In this document: positions 9,967-19,203 of the stretch, in pieces
Layout of the letters: the number at the start of each line of letters is the position of its first letter
How positions within the stretch are numbered: the stretch's first letter is position 1
IMG/VR virus record: IMGVR_UViG_3300042483_000388
Source: a virus
Lineage: Duplodnaviria > Caudoviricetes
Reading direction: 5' to 3' (one strand)
DNA length: 64,000 nt
The notes under the pieces: model-generated
What the model was told of the DNA's origin: nothing
What the model saw: only the letters and a program-made list of their open reading frames with translations
Databases searched by the model: none
Position numbers and translations under genes: made by a program

Positions 9967-11107
9967 TTACGATATTTGTAATTATTTTAATTTGATCTTC
10001 AGTTAAATCTTGGTGGTTTGGTATATAAAACCCAAATTCATTAATTTTTTCACAATTTGGTAAACTAACTTTACCAAATCTTTCATACCACATTGGTTTT
10101 TTTGACATATCACCAGCAATCAAAGGTCTAACTTCAATTCCTTCTGACGTTAATCTATCAACTATTTCTTTTTTATTTTTGGACACAATAGGTAGTGCAA
10201 AATTTGAAACAAAATCACCCTCTCTCTCAAATAAATTTAATTCGTTAATCTTAATTAAATTATTATATTGTTTAAAATTAATGTTCCTTAATTTTGAATA
10301 GTTGTCTAATTTGTCCAATGATCTAATACCAATAAATGCCTGTAAATCAGTTGATCTTAAATTAAGTCCTGGTACGTAAAAATTATATAAAGAATCAAAA
10401 TCACTAACTGAGTATTTTTCCCTTAATTCTTTTTGTTTCCATTCAGGTAGATCCCTATCCCAACCGTGACTCCTCATCATTAGTAATAGGTGGTAAAAAT
10501 CCTCATCATTTGTGTTAATAAATCCACCCTCAATTGTACTTAAGTGATGACCAAAATACATTGAGAAAAATGATGCGAACCCAAATGAACCTAAATATTT
10601 TCCTTGGAATTTAGATCCCATACTTTCACAAACGTCCTCAAATAATATAACTTCGTATTTTTCACAAAGTGATAAAACTTTATCCATCTCAGGAACTAAA
10701 CCTAATGGGGAAACAAGTATCATAGATGAAGGATTATGGATTTTAAATAAATCTTCAAGGTAATTTAAGTCACACGATAAATCGGTTAAGTTACAATCAC
10801 ACATTATTGGTTCCATACCTAATAAAATTGGTGAACTAACGTCAGTTGCCCAACTCAAACTTGGGATAATAATCTTTTTATTTTTTATCTTTTTACTCTC
10901 GAGTAATGCCGCCAATGCCAATAGAATTGCTGACGATCCTGAGTTAACATAAACAGAATATTTTGTCCCTATTTTTTTTGCCCATTTAGATTCTAATTCC
11001 CAAGTCAAATCACCCTTAGTTAATCTTGGTATTTCTGATTGACTTAACCACTCAATCAAAGAATTAATATCATCTTTGTTTATGGTGTCACTTACTAATT
11101 TTATCAT
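9959..11107 (-). CDS. colD: PLP/PMP enzyme of the DegT/DnrJ family; ColD-like GDP-4-keto-6-deoxymannose 3-dehydratase
   Basis: VNSGSSA, EDVCESMG, SMYFGHHLSTIEGG (His at the usual Schiff-base Lys position), MRSHGWDRDLP and IEVRPLIAG. Confidence 0.75.
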   Translation of the reverse strand: MIKLVSDTINKDDINSLIEWLSQSEIPRLTKGDLTWELESKWAKKIGTKYSVYVNSGSSAILLALAALLESKKIKNKKIIIPSLSWATDVSSPILLGMEPIMCDCNLTDLSCDLNYLEDLFKIHNPSSMILVSPLGLVPEMDKVLSLCEKYEVILFEDVCESMGSKFQGKYLGSFGFASFFSMYFGHHLSTIEGGFINTNDEDFYHLLLMMRSHGWDRDLPEWKQKELREKYSVSDFDSLYNFYVPGLNLRSTDLQAFIGIRSLDKLDNYSKLRNINFKQYNNLIKINELNLFEREGDFVSNFALPIVSKNKKEIVDRLTSEGIEVRPLIAGDMSKKPMWYERFGKVSLPNCEKINEFGFYIPNHQDLTEDQIKIITNIVNG

Positions 11108-11178
11108 GATCTTTTTTTTATTAATCGTAATTGATGATTGATTTAAGTAAATTAAAGATAAATCTATTTTTTATTGTC

Positions 11179-11952
11179 TTAAACGTCTTCCCATGTGTGT
11201 AATGATATTGACACTGAATCATTATTTTTATAGTCATCTAAAATTTTAATAATTTCTTGTTCGGTATAATTTAAAGGATATGTCTTACCCATTAATGTTG
11301 TTTGTACGTTTTTTTCTATATGATACCCTAAATCATGTTTGAGGCACCAATTTGCATAACAATCTTGTTCAGTAGGGTAACTACTTAAATTAATGTTTTC
11401 ACATGCAACTTTAAAAAAATGATTAAAATTATCGTAATTTCCTAACATTTTTTTGGTTAGTCTTTTATCGTACATCATAAAATCAATTATAAATGAGTCA
11501 TCACCAACTCTTTCTAAATCAAACATTTTTTTACTAAAATTAAAATAAGGTTGATGATAATGAGAATGTTGGGGTGACATAAAAAATATTGGTTTATTAT
11601 CAGTTGTAAACAAATTAATAGGTTTTACAAAAAAGTTATCCGACTGTATGTCTAAATAATAGTTTTGTTCGGTTACATCTTGAAATAAGGCGATAAACGT
11701 TGCGAAACACCAATTTTTTCTATACGGGATATTATTTCTGTCACACCCTGGAAATACATCATCATCTTTAACTACCACAATTTTGTCTTCATAATCAGTG
11801 CCCTCAGGTTTATACCCGTCAGGATTTATTAAGAAGATTTTACTTGGTTGCGGATTTAAAAATTTTATCGAATTTATTACTAATTTTAATTTTACGTAAT
11901 CTTTCGTTCCTGATTTTATGGTAACATCATACTTATTTGATTCTTTCATCAA
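11179..11952 (-). CDS. Putative GT-A fold glycosyltransferase
   Basis: YYLDIQSDNFFVKPINLF followed by PTEQDCY; located inside the sugar cassette. Confidence 0.55.
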   Translation of the reverse strand: MMKESNKYDVTIKSGTKDYVKLKLVINSIKFLNPQPSKIFLINPDGYKPEGTDYEDKIVVVKDDDVFPGCDRNNIPYRKNWCFATFIALFQDVTEQNYYLDIQSDNFFVKPINLFTTDNKPIFFMSPQHSHYHQPYFNFSKKMFDLERVGDDSFIIDFMMYDKRLTKKMLGNYDNFNHFFKVACENINLSSYPTEQDCYANWCLKHDLGYHIEKNVQTTLMGKTYPLNYTEQEIIKILDDYKNNDSVSISLHTWEDV

Positions 11953-12871
11953 TTAAACTTATTTGTTTTTTATATTCTAACAATCCTTCAAATGTTTCTG
12001 GGGAAATATAGTTGATAATACTCATAGGGTTCTCCTTTAAATCTTTTAATAGATTTAAAGTGTGTACATTACCTAATATCTCGTCCTTAAAATCTTTTGT
12101 TTCATCATGAACATGTCTATCGTGTCTTACATCGACTTCAGTGTATACCATTTTAAATCCACAAGATTGGTTATAAAAAGATGCCCAAATATCTGTCATT
12201 CTTCCTGTTCTAGCCATCATAAAATATTCTTTGGATGCTTTTCTTGATAAAATAGTATTTTGTGAATTAAATGGTGAAAATGTGTTTGTTGAGATTGGGA
12301 AACCAATTTTTAAAAAGTCACATTTTGGTAAATGTTCCATCCTACAAATTGCATCAATATCTGGTTCATTATTCCAAAGACCTGATTGTACATCGGGTAT
12401 AACCACTTTTTTATTCATTACATATTCATTTCTATTTTTTAATAATTGTAATGGATATCCTCTATGCCACAATTGAGGGTAATTTGTATGGTAAAGAGGG
12501 TCAAAACATAATCTATTAGTTTCATAATGAAAAACTTCAACTTCCTTACCTATTAAAATATTTTTACCCCAATTTTCTAAAGGGACATTATCATCATCAA
12601 CAATAGCGATTAAATCGGCACCTCTTTCATATGCTTCTAACACACCTAAAGTTTTTCTTTCGGCGCAATTCCACCCAATAAGGTTACTTAAAGTTGGCCA
12701 TTTGGTACTTTGATATTCAATTGTTAAATAATCACAATTTATCTCATCATATAATTCTTTTGGTGTTTTAAGATCTCCAACAACAATAAAATCCCACCCT
12801 TCCATGTTTGAATACTTAATTGTTGCCTCAGTTGGTGCGCTTATAGTCGTTGTTACAATTATTTTTTTCAT
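11933..12871 (-). CDS. STELLO/DUF288-like glycosyltransferase
   Basis: IIVTTTI..PT, WDFIVVGDLKTP, IAIVDDDN, WHRGYPL, PFNSQNT and GRMTDIW. Confidence 0.8.
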   Translation of the reverse strand: MKKIIVTTTISAPTEATIKYSNMEGWDFIVVGDLKTPKELYDEINCDYLTIEYQSTKWPTLSNLIGWNCAERKTLGVLEAYERGADLIAIVDDDNVPLENWGKNILIGKEVEVFHYETNRLCFDPLYHTNYPQLWHRGYPLQLLKNRNEYVMNKKVVIPDVQSGLWNNEPDIDAICRMEHLPKCDFLKIGFPISTNTFSPFNSQNTILSRKASKEYFMMARTGRMTDIWASFYNQSCGFKMVYTEVDVRHDRHVHDETKDFKDEILGNVHTLNLLKDLKENPMSIINYISPETFEGLLEYKKQISLIDERIK

Positions 12872-13782
12872 AGTTCGTTTTTATAAGTATTATAATGACA
12901 TTTAATTCCTTCTTTTAAAGTTGTAAATTTATAATCAGGTATTAGTTTTCTAAACTTAGTAATATCCAAATCTTTCCTATATTGACCATTTGGTTTTGAT
13001 TTATCGTATCTTATCTCAAGTTTTGAGTTTGTTGCTTCTAAAGCAATTTCAGCAATTTGGTTAATTGTAATATTTTCCTCAGTTGCTAAATTAAATGATT
13101 CGGTTATATCTCTGTCAATAATTATTTTTATTATATTTGCAATATCATTTGCGTGTATAAATTGTCTTAGGGATTCTCCATTACCATATAAAGTTATATG
13201 ATCTTCATTATTTTTATTTGCTTCAAAAATTTTTTTAATAAGTGCTGTCACAAAATGACTTCTATTTTCGTCGTCTTTGTCTGATTCACCATATAAATTA
13301 CAAGGCGATATGTAACTATAATTGGTTTCATATTGTTCATTACAGGTGTCAATTTGAACCGCAAGAGATCTTTTTGCCATACCATATGAAAAGTTAGTTT
13401 TAGTTGGTGGTCCATTATGTAAAACATCCTCTTTCATAGGGTATTCATCCACTGTGTCAGGAAATATACAACTACTTAATACACCTAAAAATCTTTTTAC
13501 ACGATTAAGTCTTGCGTACTTAACCATTAATGTATTCATTAAAATATTGTCCTCAAAGTACTCTAAAGGGTGGTTAATATTATCAATTATTCCGCCTACC
13601 CTTGCGGCGAGATGTACCACATAGTCAGGTTCTAATTCTTTATATAATCGTATTACTTCCGATTCTAAAATTAAGTTATAATCTTTTGATGAAAGAAAAG
13701 TCGCATTTGGCATAATTTTTTTTAAGTGATTACCGACCAAACCAGAACCACCTGTTACTACTATTTTCATATTTTTATCCAA
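12868..13782 (-). CDS. fcl: GDP-L-fucose synthase / GDP-colitose reductase (Fcl/ColC family)
   Basis: VTGGSGLVG, HLAARVGGI, LSSCIFP, SYGMAKR (YxxxK), PCNLYG and RQFIHANDIA. Confidence 0.9.
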   Translation of the reverse strand: MDKNMKIVVTGGSGLVGNHLKKIMPNATFLSSKDYNLILESEVIRLYKELEPDYVVHLAARVGGIIDNINHPLEYFEDNILMNTLMVKYARLNRVKRFLGVLSSCIFPDTVDEYPMKEDVLHNGPPTKTNFSYGMAKRSLAVQIDTCNEQYETNYSYISPCNLYGESDKDDENRSHFVTALIKKIFEANKNNEDHITLYGNGESLRQFIHANDIANIIKIIIDRDITESFNLATEENITINQIAEIALEATNSKLEIRYDKSKPNGQYRKDLDITKFRKLIPDYKFTTLKEGIKCHYNTYKNEL

Positions 13783-14537
13783 TTATCACAATAAATATCA
13801 TTAGTGGGAACGTCCAATAATTTCCCAAACCAAATAGATGGTGATATTATTTTTTTATTTATGTTATTATTTAACCAAGCTCCCCACCAACTAAATGTTG
13901 AGTTTGATATTATATTATGATCACATAACGACATCATATATAAGTCATTAATATTACCTTCATTTTCAATATAATTGATGTTATTAAAATTTAAATTGTT
14001 TTTACACCAATTTATATCATCAGAAAAAATTGCAACATTTATATTGTTATTGTTTATTATGTCATAACCATCTTTATAATAATTAATTGTTTGTGTCGGG
14101 TGGTGATCTGGTAGGTTTAAATAATCACCTCTTCTAACATGAATACATAATGTCGGTTCATTTAAAAATATATATTTTTTAAAAAAATATTCTTTTAAAT
14201 TTTCAGGTATACTTAATTCTTCTCTAATTATTTTTTTGTTTTCCTTAAAATATTTTTCAGACTGCCAATAACCATCTAAATATGAGTTATCGTTAATTTC
14301 TTTGTATGTAAAATTGTCAATAACTCTGTTTAGTTGTGTATTATTTGTTGAGGAGTTAATTATTATATTTTTGAATTTATCTAATTCCATTCCTCGACTA
14401 TTCACATCAAAACTACTTTTACCAATATGTGTTAAATCAAAATAATATTCGGTATTGTATTTAATTGAAAGATTTCTAGTGACTGCCCATTGAAATAATT
14501 GATTACCCAACCCTCCTTGTAGTTTTGTTGTTATCAT
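13767..14537 (-). CDS. GT11 alpha-1,2-fucosyltransferase (or colitosyltransferase)
   Basis: GGLGNQLFQ, GYWQSEKYF, HVRRGDY and DLYMMSLCDHNIISNSTFSWWGAWL. Confidence 0.93.
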   Translation of the reverse strand: MITTKLQGGLGNQLFQWAVTRNLSIKYNTEYYFDLTHIGKSSFDVNSRGMELDKFKNIIINSSTNNTQLNRVIDNFTYKEINDNSYLDGYWQSEKYFKENKKIIREELSIPENLKEYFFKKYIFLNEPTLCIHVRRGDYLNLPDHHPTQTINYYKDGYDIINNNNINVAIFSDDINWCKNNLNFNNINYIENEGNINDLYMMSLCDHNIISNSTFSWWGAWLNNNINKKIISPSIWFGKLLDVPTNDIYCDNWIKI

Positions 14538-15184
14538 AATATTTTAGTTAAATCGTATTGTTTAGTGTTAAAATTACTATTACTATGTACTCTATGTAAC
14601 AATAAATTTTCTGGTATATTAAAAAATGTTTTATTATTTCTCATTAACCTTAACCAAAAATCATAATCCTCAATCCCGTCCAAATCCTCTCTCCACCCAT
14701 CAATTTCTAAAGAGTCTGATTTTTTAAAAATCGCACTAGTATTAGCAATTTGATTTACACCCAAAAATGAATTTTTCTTAATATCTTCATCTTGTGTTGA
14801 TAATAAAGGGGATCCTATGATAATATCGTTACTATCTATATAGTTAATAAAAGTTCCTATAACATCATAATTATTAATATAATTTAATTGTTTTTCTAAT
14901 TTAGTGGTAACCCAAATATCATCATCATCTTGTATGGCAATCCAACCATATTTTGATTCTATTAATAGTTTGTTTAATGTTTTTGATTTACCCTTTTCAT
15001 CACCGTAATCAAATATTCTAATTCTACCATCGTTAAATTTATTTACAATTTCTTTTGAGTTGTCTGTTGTACCATTAAACCCAATTAATAATTCAAAATC
15101 TTTAAAAGTCTGATTTAATATGGACTCAATTGATTTTTTAATAAATTTTTCACCGTTATATGTTGCTAGTAATATTGTTACCAT
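14534..15184 (-). CDS. GT2 glycosyltransferase
   Basis: TILLATYNGEKFI, IAIQDDDDIW and EDYDFWLR. Confidence 0.9.
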   Translation of the reverse strand: MVTILLATYNGEKFIKKSIESILNQTFKDFELLIGFNGTTDNSKEIVNKFNDGRIRIFDYGDEKGKSKTLNKLLIESKYGWIAIQDDDDIWVTTKLEKQLNYINNYDVIGTFINYIDSNDIIIGSPLLSTQDEDIKKNSFLGVNQIANTSAIFKKSDSLEIDGWREDLDGIEDYDFWLRLMRNNKTFFNIPENLLLHRVHSNSNFNTKQYDLTKIL

Positions 15185-15187
15185 AAC

Positions 15188-15886
15188 TTAATTTCTAAAA
15201 TATTCAAACCCACCATATTTTCGTTTATCTAAAAAAAATATTTTACTATGATCGTGTTTATGGTTTTCATCTGCGGCATAACCTAAAGGTAAAATTAATG
15301 TTGGTGTGTTATTTAAAAAATACCTATTTAAATGAGATTCATCGTGCCATATTGCAATAATACCATTTTTTAGGTCTTTATTGATGTTAGATTCAATCGT
15401 TCTTGATAGGTTTAAAAATTCGGAACTGATTCCACCAAAAAATCCACCACAAAAATATTGATTACTTTCCCCATTTGTAATGTATGCGGTGGAATTTGGG
15501 TTTCTTTCGGGTGTACCTTCACCATTCCCCAAATAAGGGTGTAACGTACCAATAATATTAGATAATATATCTTCAGGGTTTATCTGACCAACAAACAAAC
15601 TATCAGCGTCAATATAAAATGAATAATCATAATTAGAAATAATTTCCTCACATTCATTGAAAAATTTAAACCGGTGTAAGGTTGAGCTAGGCCAAGGGTT
15701 ATGATCCACTTTATGGATTATGTGATCACCCTCAATTTTAATGTCTTCTTGGTCCGTATGAATTAAATAAGTTTTACTAACACTTGGTAAAAAAAAATTT
15801 TCAATGGACGGTATTAACTTATCCAAAAAGAAAATGTATTTATTTGTTGCAATGATATTAACTACTATTTTTAAATTATTTTTCAT
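15188..15886 (-). CDS. GT6 glycosyltransferase (ABO blood-group transferase family)
   Basis: IATNKY, WPSSTLHRF, YIDAD (DxD), GTLHP, PERNPNSTAYI, YFCGGFFGG and WHDESHLNRYF. Confidence 0.9.
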   Translation of the reverse strand: MKNNLKIVVNIIATNKYIFFLDKLIPSIENFFLPSVSKTYLIHTDQEDIKIEGDHIIHKVDHNPWPSSTLHRFKFFNECEEIISNYDYSFYIDADSLFVGQINPEDILSNIIGTLHPYLGNGEGTPERNPNSTAYITNGESNQYFCGGFFGGISSEFLNLSRTIESNINKDLKNGIIAIWHDESHLNRYFLNNTPTLILPLGYAADENHKHDHSKIFFLDKRKYGGFEYFRN

Positions 15887-15910
15887 TATCAGTGTATGTT
15901 ATATTATTTA

Positions 15911-16540
15911 TTACTTTATCAACCATTTATAATCTGTGACCTTATTTTCTATATCGCTAAAACTAACTCTTTGGGTTGCAATTACAGGGTAAAAAGAATA
16001 AACATTTAATGATTTTTGTAATTCAGAATATATCACATCTAATGCGTTATCGTATTTTTTTAATCTTTCTAATATAACATTAAATGATTTTTTATTTATT
16101 GCAACACAGTGAGTGCTAAATGTGTTATGTAATTTGCAAACTTTTTCATTTACTATTAATGGAGGTTTTATTCCCATATGTGTATTATGGTTCCCACCAA
16201 AATATAACATATCCCAATCTTTTGGTAACATATTAAAATATTCGTCCATGTCCCCAACTTGTTTTTCAAACTCAACGTCGTCCTCTAATATTAATATTGA
16301 GTTATAACCATTTTGAATTGATTCCTCTAATATTTGTATGTTTGTTAAAACTAATGCCAACCTTGATGGTGTCATAAAACCTGATGAAGTTTGGGTTAAC
16401 TCTTTTCCGTCTACAGCTTTAAATCTATTAACGTTTGTTAGTTTGTTTTTTTCAAATTCAACAACACATTCACTCCACCTATCTGGTCTACGATCTAAAT
16501 TTACGCAATATGTTTTATCAAAAAATTCTGTTATTTTCAT
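15911..16540 (-). CDS. GT25 glycosyltransferase
   Basis: YCVNLDRRPDRW, RFKAVDG, ILILEDDVEF and WDMLYFG. Confidence 0.88.
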   Translation of the reverse strand: MKITEFFDKTYCVNLDRRPDRWSECVVEFEKNKLTNVNRFKAVDGKELTQTSSGFMTPSRLALVLTNIQILEESIQNGYNSILILEDDVEFEKQVGDMDEYFNMLPKDWDMLYFGGNHNTHMGIKPPLIVNEKVCKLHNTFSTHCVAINKKSFNVILERLKKYDNALDVIYSELQKSLNVYSFYPVIATQRVSFSDIENKVTDYKWLIK

Positions 16541-17100
16541 TAGTGTCTTACGTTATAATATACCTCAGGAGTAATAACCCAATTATCTGTTAATTTTTTT
16601 AACTTCATTAAAAAATCAAAGTCTTCTCCATCTCGATTATTATCAAATAATAAGTTATCAAATTTATTTTTGTAACAAAAAGATATTCCAACACGACCAA
16701 AAATAATGTCTTTAATTTTTTGTGGTGGTAACACCAAACCATTTTGATATTTCATTCTCCAAACAACAAAATCATTTTCTAAATATTTTTCACTTAGTGT
16801 TGAGATGTAATTTACGTCTATTGTGTCATCATCATCTAAAAATCCAATCCATTCTGTTTTAACCATTTTAATTCCTACGTTTCTAACCAAACCTGATTGA
16901 CCATTTGCCGGGCCAACCAAACCTGTTTTTGGTATCTCTAAAGTTTTTATTCTTTCGTCTTCAAATCCTTTCCCAACAACGCCATCATATAATATAATTG
17001 CGTTCCAATTTGGATTTGTTTGGTTTAATAACGAATCTACGGTTCTTGTGATTGTTGATCTGTTAAGTGAGGGGATAATAAATGTAATAAAAGGTTCCAT
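16540..17100 (-). CDS. GT2-like glycosyltransferase
   Basis: FIIPSLNR, RNVGI, WIGFLDDDD and EDFDFL. Confidence 0.8.
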   Translation of the reverse strand: MEPFITFIIPSLNRSTITRTVDSLLNQTNPNWNAIILYDGVVGKGFEDERIKTLEIPKTGLVGPANGQSGLVRNVGIKMVKTEWIGFLDDDDTIDVNYISTLSEKYLENDFVVWRMKYQNGLVLPPQKIKDIIFGRVGISFCYKNKFDNLLFDNNRDGEDFDFLMKLKKLTDNWVITPEVYYNVRH

Positions 17101-17101
17101 A

Positions 17102-18601
17102 CTAATTAGTAATTACTGTGTATTTTTTAAATTTTTCAAAATTTTCTTTAATAAATGGGTAAACATGTTCATTAAAATCTTGCATCATTTCTAGCTTATT
17201 GTTCTCAACTTCTCTTGTTTGAGATTCGTGGTGATAAGCAACACATTCTCCATTACAATAATTATAATACCCATTTTTTATAAGTTGTAAACCTAAAATC
17301 GCATCCTCATAACAATGTCTAAAGGACTCGTTAAAGCCACCCATAGTTTCAAAAACTTTTTTTCTTACCATCATTAACGCTGCGGTGTTTCCGCCAACCT
17401 CATCAATACCCGTATTAAATTTATAATATGTTTCCCTATTTAAATGGTCTAATGTATATGCCTTATGTTTTTGTCTCAGAATGATTGAAATACCATCGTG
17501 TTGTACTGTGTTGTTTGAAAAATGTAATCGACACCCAACGGTACCAACCCTATCTTTTGTTTTGAATGTTTTTAACATTCCTGAAATTACATCATTTAAT
17601 AACTCAATATCGTTATTACAGAATAATAAAAATTCATAATTGTTTGGTAAATTTTTTACGACATCATTATTTATTTTGGCATAATTGTAATAATCATATT
17701 CAATTAGAGTTATAGATTTAATATTTTCTTTAATCCAATTTTTTTCCTCATCTGTTGATCCTGTATCCGCAATAAAAATATCATATAGGTTTGAATCACA
17801 ATATTTGTGAATTGAGTCGACACATTCTTTTAACATCTCCACCTTACCTTTCGTTGGTATGATTACCGCAACTTTACCAACATTTTTTATTGGTTTGTAT
17901 TTTACTTGTGGAACATAAACTTCGGATGGTTTAAGATCCAATGGTAATACGTAACCCCACTTCTCAAGGAACTTTACCTTACTATCATAAAATTCTTTAT
18001 TTGGTTGACCAACAGATTCGTGAGTTATTTCAAATGATGAGGTTATACCTAATTTAACGTTATCCAAATAATTTGGCAAACAGAATAGGTGGTCGTAAAA
18101 GTGGAACTTACCAATCGTCTCATCAAAAGTATGTTTGATTTTTGTTTTATCAAATGCGATAAATAACCCATCAATTGTAACAACGGGAATTAAGAATGGT
18201 AATTTTGGTGAGTATTTGTTTATCCATTTTTTTTGACCTTCCGGATGGTGATAAACTTGACCCACCATTGTGTAGTGCATCCTATCCCAATAAACTCCAG
18301 TGTCAGGAAAATAACAAGATCCGGCTTTTCCAATTATACCGAATTCGGGGTTATTAGAAAAATCGTTTAACAATTTTTTGCCCCAATTTTTTTCAAGTTT
18401 TATATCATTATGACAACAAACAACAATATCATAAATTGATTCTGTAATCCCTGAATTATAAACACTAGATAAAGAATATTGGTTATGATTAACGTATTCT
18501 AAAATCTGAACATCTTTAACGCCAACGTTTTGTAACAAATGTTGTTTAAATTTGTTATTGTATTCTTGGTCCTTATGTGTTGAGTAAACTATTGTAATCA
18601 T
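17102..18601 (-). CDS. Two-domain glycosyltransferase (GT-A + GT2)
   Basis: Domain 1 has VCCHNDI, IDGLFIA and FHFYDH. Domain 2 has VIIPTK, LLFCNNDIE, GGFNESF..CYED and AYHHESQTR. Confidence 0.85.
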   Translation of the reverse strand: MITIVYSTHKDQEYNNKFKQHLLQNVGVKDVQILEYVNHNQYSLSSVYNSGITESIYDIVVCCHNDIKLEKNWGKKLLNDFSNNPEFGIIGKAGSCYFPDTGVYWDRMHYTMVGQVYHHPEGQKKWINKYSPKLPFLIPVVTIDGLFIAFDKTKIKHTFDETIGKFHFYDHLFCLPNYLDNVKLGITSSFEITHESVGQPNKEFYDSKVKFLEKWGYVLPLDLKPSEVYVPQVKYKPIKNVGKVAVIIPTKGKVEMLKECVDSIHKYCDSNLYDIFIADTGSTDEEKNWIKENIKSITLIEYDYYNYAKINNDVVKNLPNNYEFLLFCNNDIELLNDVISGMLKTFKTKDRVGTVGCRLHFSNNTVQHDGISIILRQKHKAYTLDHLNRETYYKFNTGIDEVGGNTAALMMVRKKVFETMGGFNESFRHCYEDAILGLQLIKNGYYNYCNGECVAYHHESQTREVENNKLEMMQDFNEHVYPFIKENFEKFKKYTVITN

Positions 18602-19203
18602 AAACCAGTACTTCCAAAACCTTTATCTTCCCTATCTTTGGGTGTTAATTCAACTTTCTCAATAAGGTTAACCCATTTTCCGGCAACAACTGGACATAAT
18701 ACAGCTTGTGCCACTTTTTGTCCTTTTTGTATTTTAATTCTATCTTTTGTTGTGTTAAATAAGATAACTTGTATCTCTCCGGTATAATTTTGATCTACGG
18801 TTCCCGGAGAATTTAAAACCATCAACCCTTGTTTTAACGCTAAACCACTTTTTGATCTTATTTGTATTTCATGTCCCTCAGGAATATCCAAATGTATCCC
18901 TGTTGGTATTAACTTTCTATCAAACCCAAATATCCAAATATCTTCTGAGGAACATAAATCCATACCAGAATCAGACTGATATGCGTATGATGGTGTTATG
19001 GCATCAGGATTTGATTTTCTATAACCTAAATCAAGTTGTGGGATGTAATTATCCATGTCGTCCTCCAAGTCTTTTAAATCAATACCGAAAGAGTCCATTA
19101 TTGTTTTGTAATCAATTTCACCATCATCAATATCGTCCATGTCATCTAATAATCTTATTAAACTATTAATGTCATCTTCATTTATATTTTCATCTTCTAT
19201 CAT
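18598..19203 (-). CDS. dut: Trimeric dUTPase with an acidic N-terminal extension
   Basis: DSGMDL, RSKSGLA, NSPGTVDQNYTGEI, KVAQAV and REDKGFGSTG. Confidence 0.95.
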   Translation of the reverse strand: MIEDENINEDDINSLIRLLDDMDDIDDGEIDYKTIMDSFGIDLKDLEDDMDNYIPQLDLGYRKSNPDAITPSYAYQSDSGMDLCSSEDIWIFGFDRKLIPTGIHLDIPEGHEIQIRSKSGLALKQGLMVLNSPGTVDQNYTGEIQVILFNTTKDRIKIQKGQKVAQAVLCPVVAGKWVNLIEKVELTPKDREDKGFGSTGL

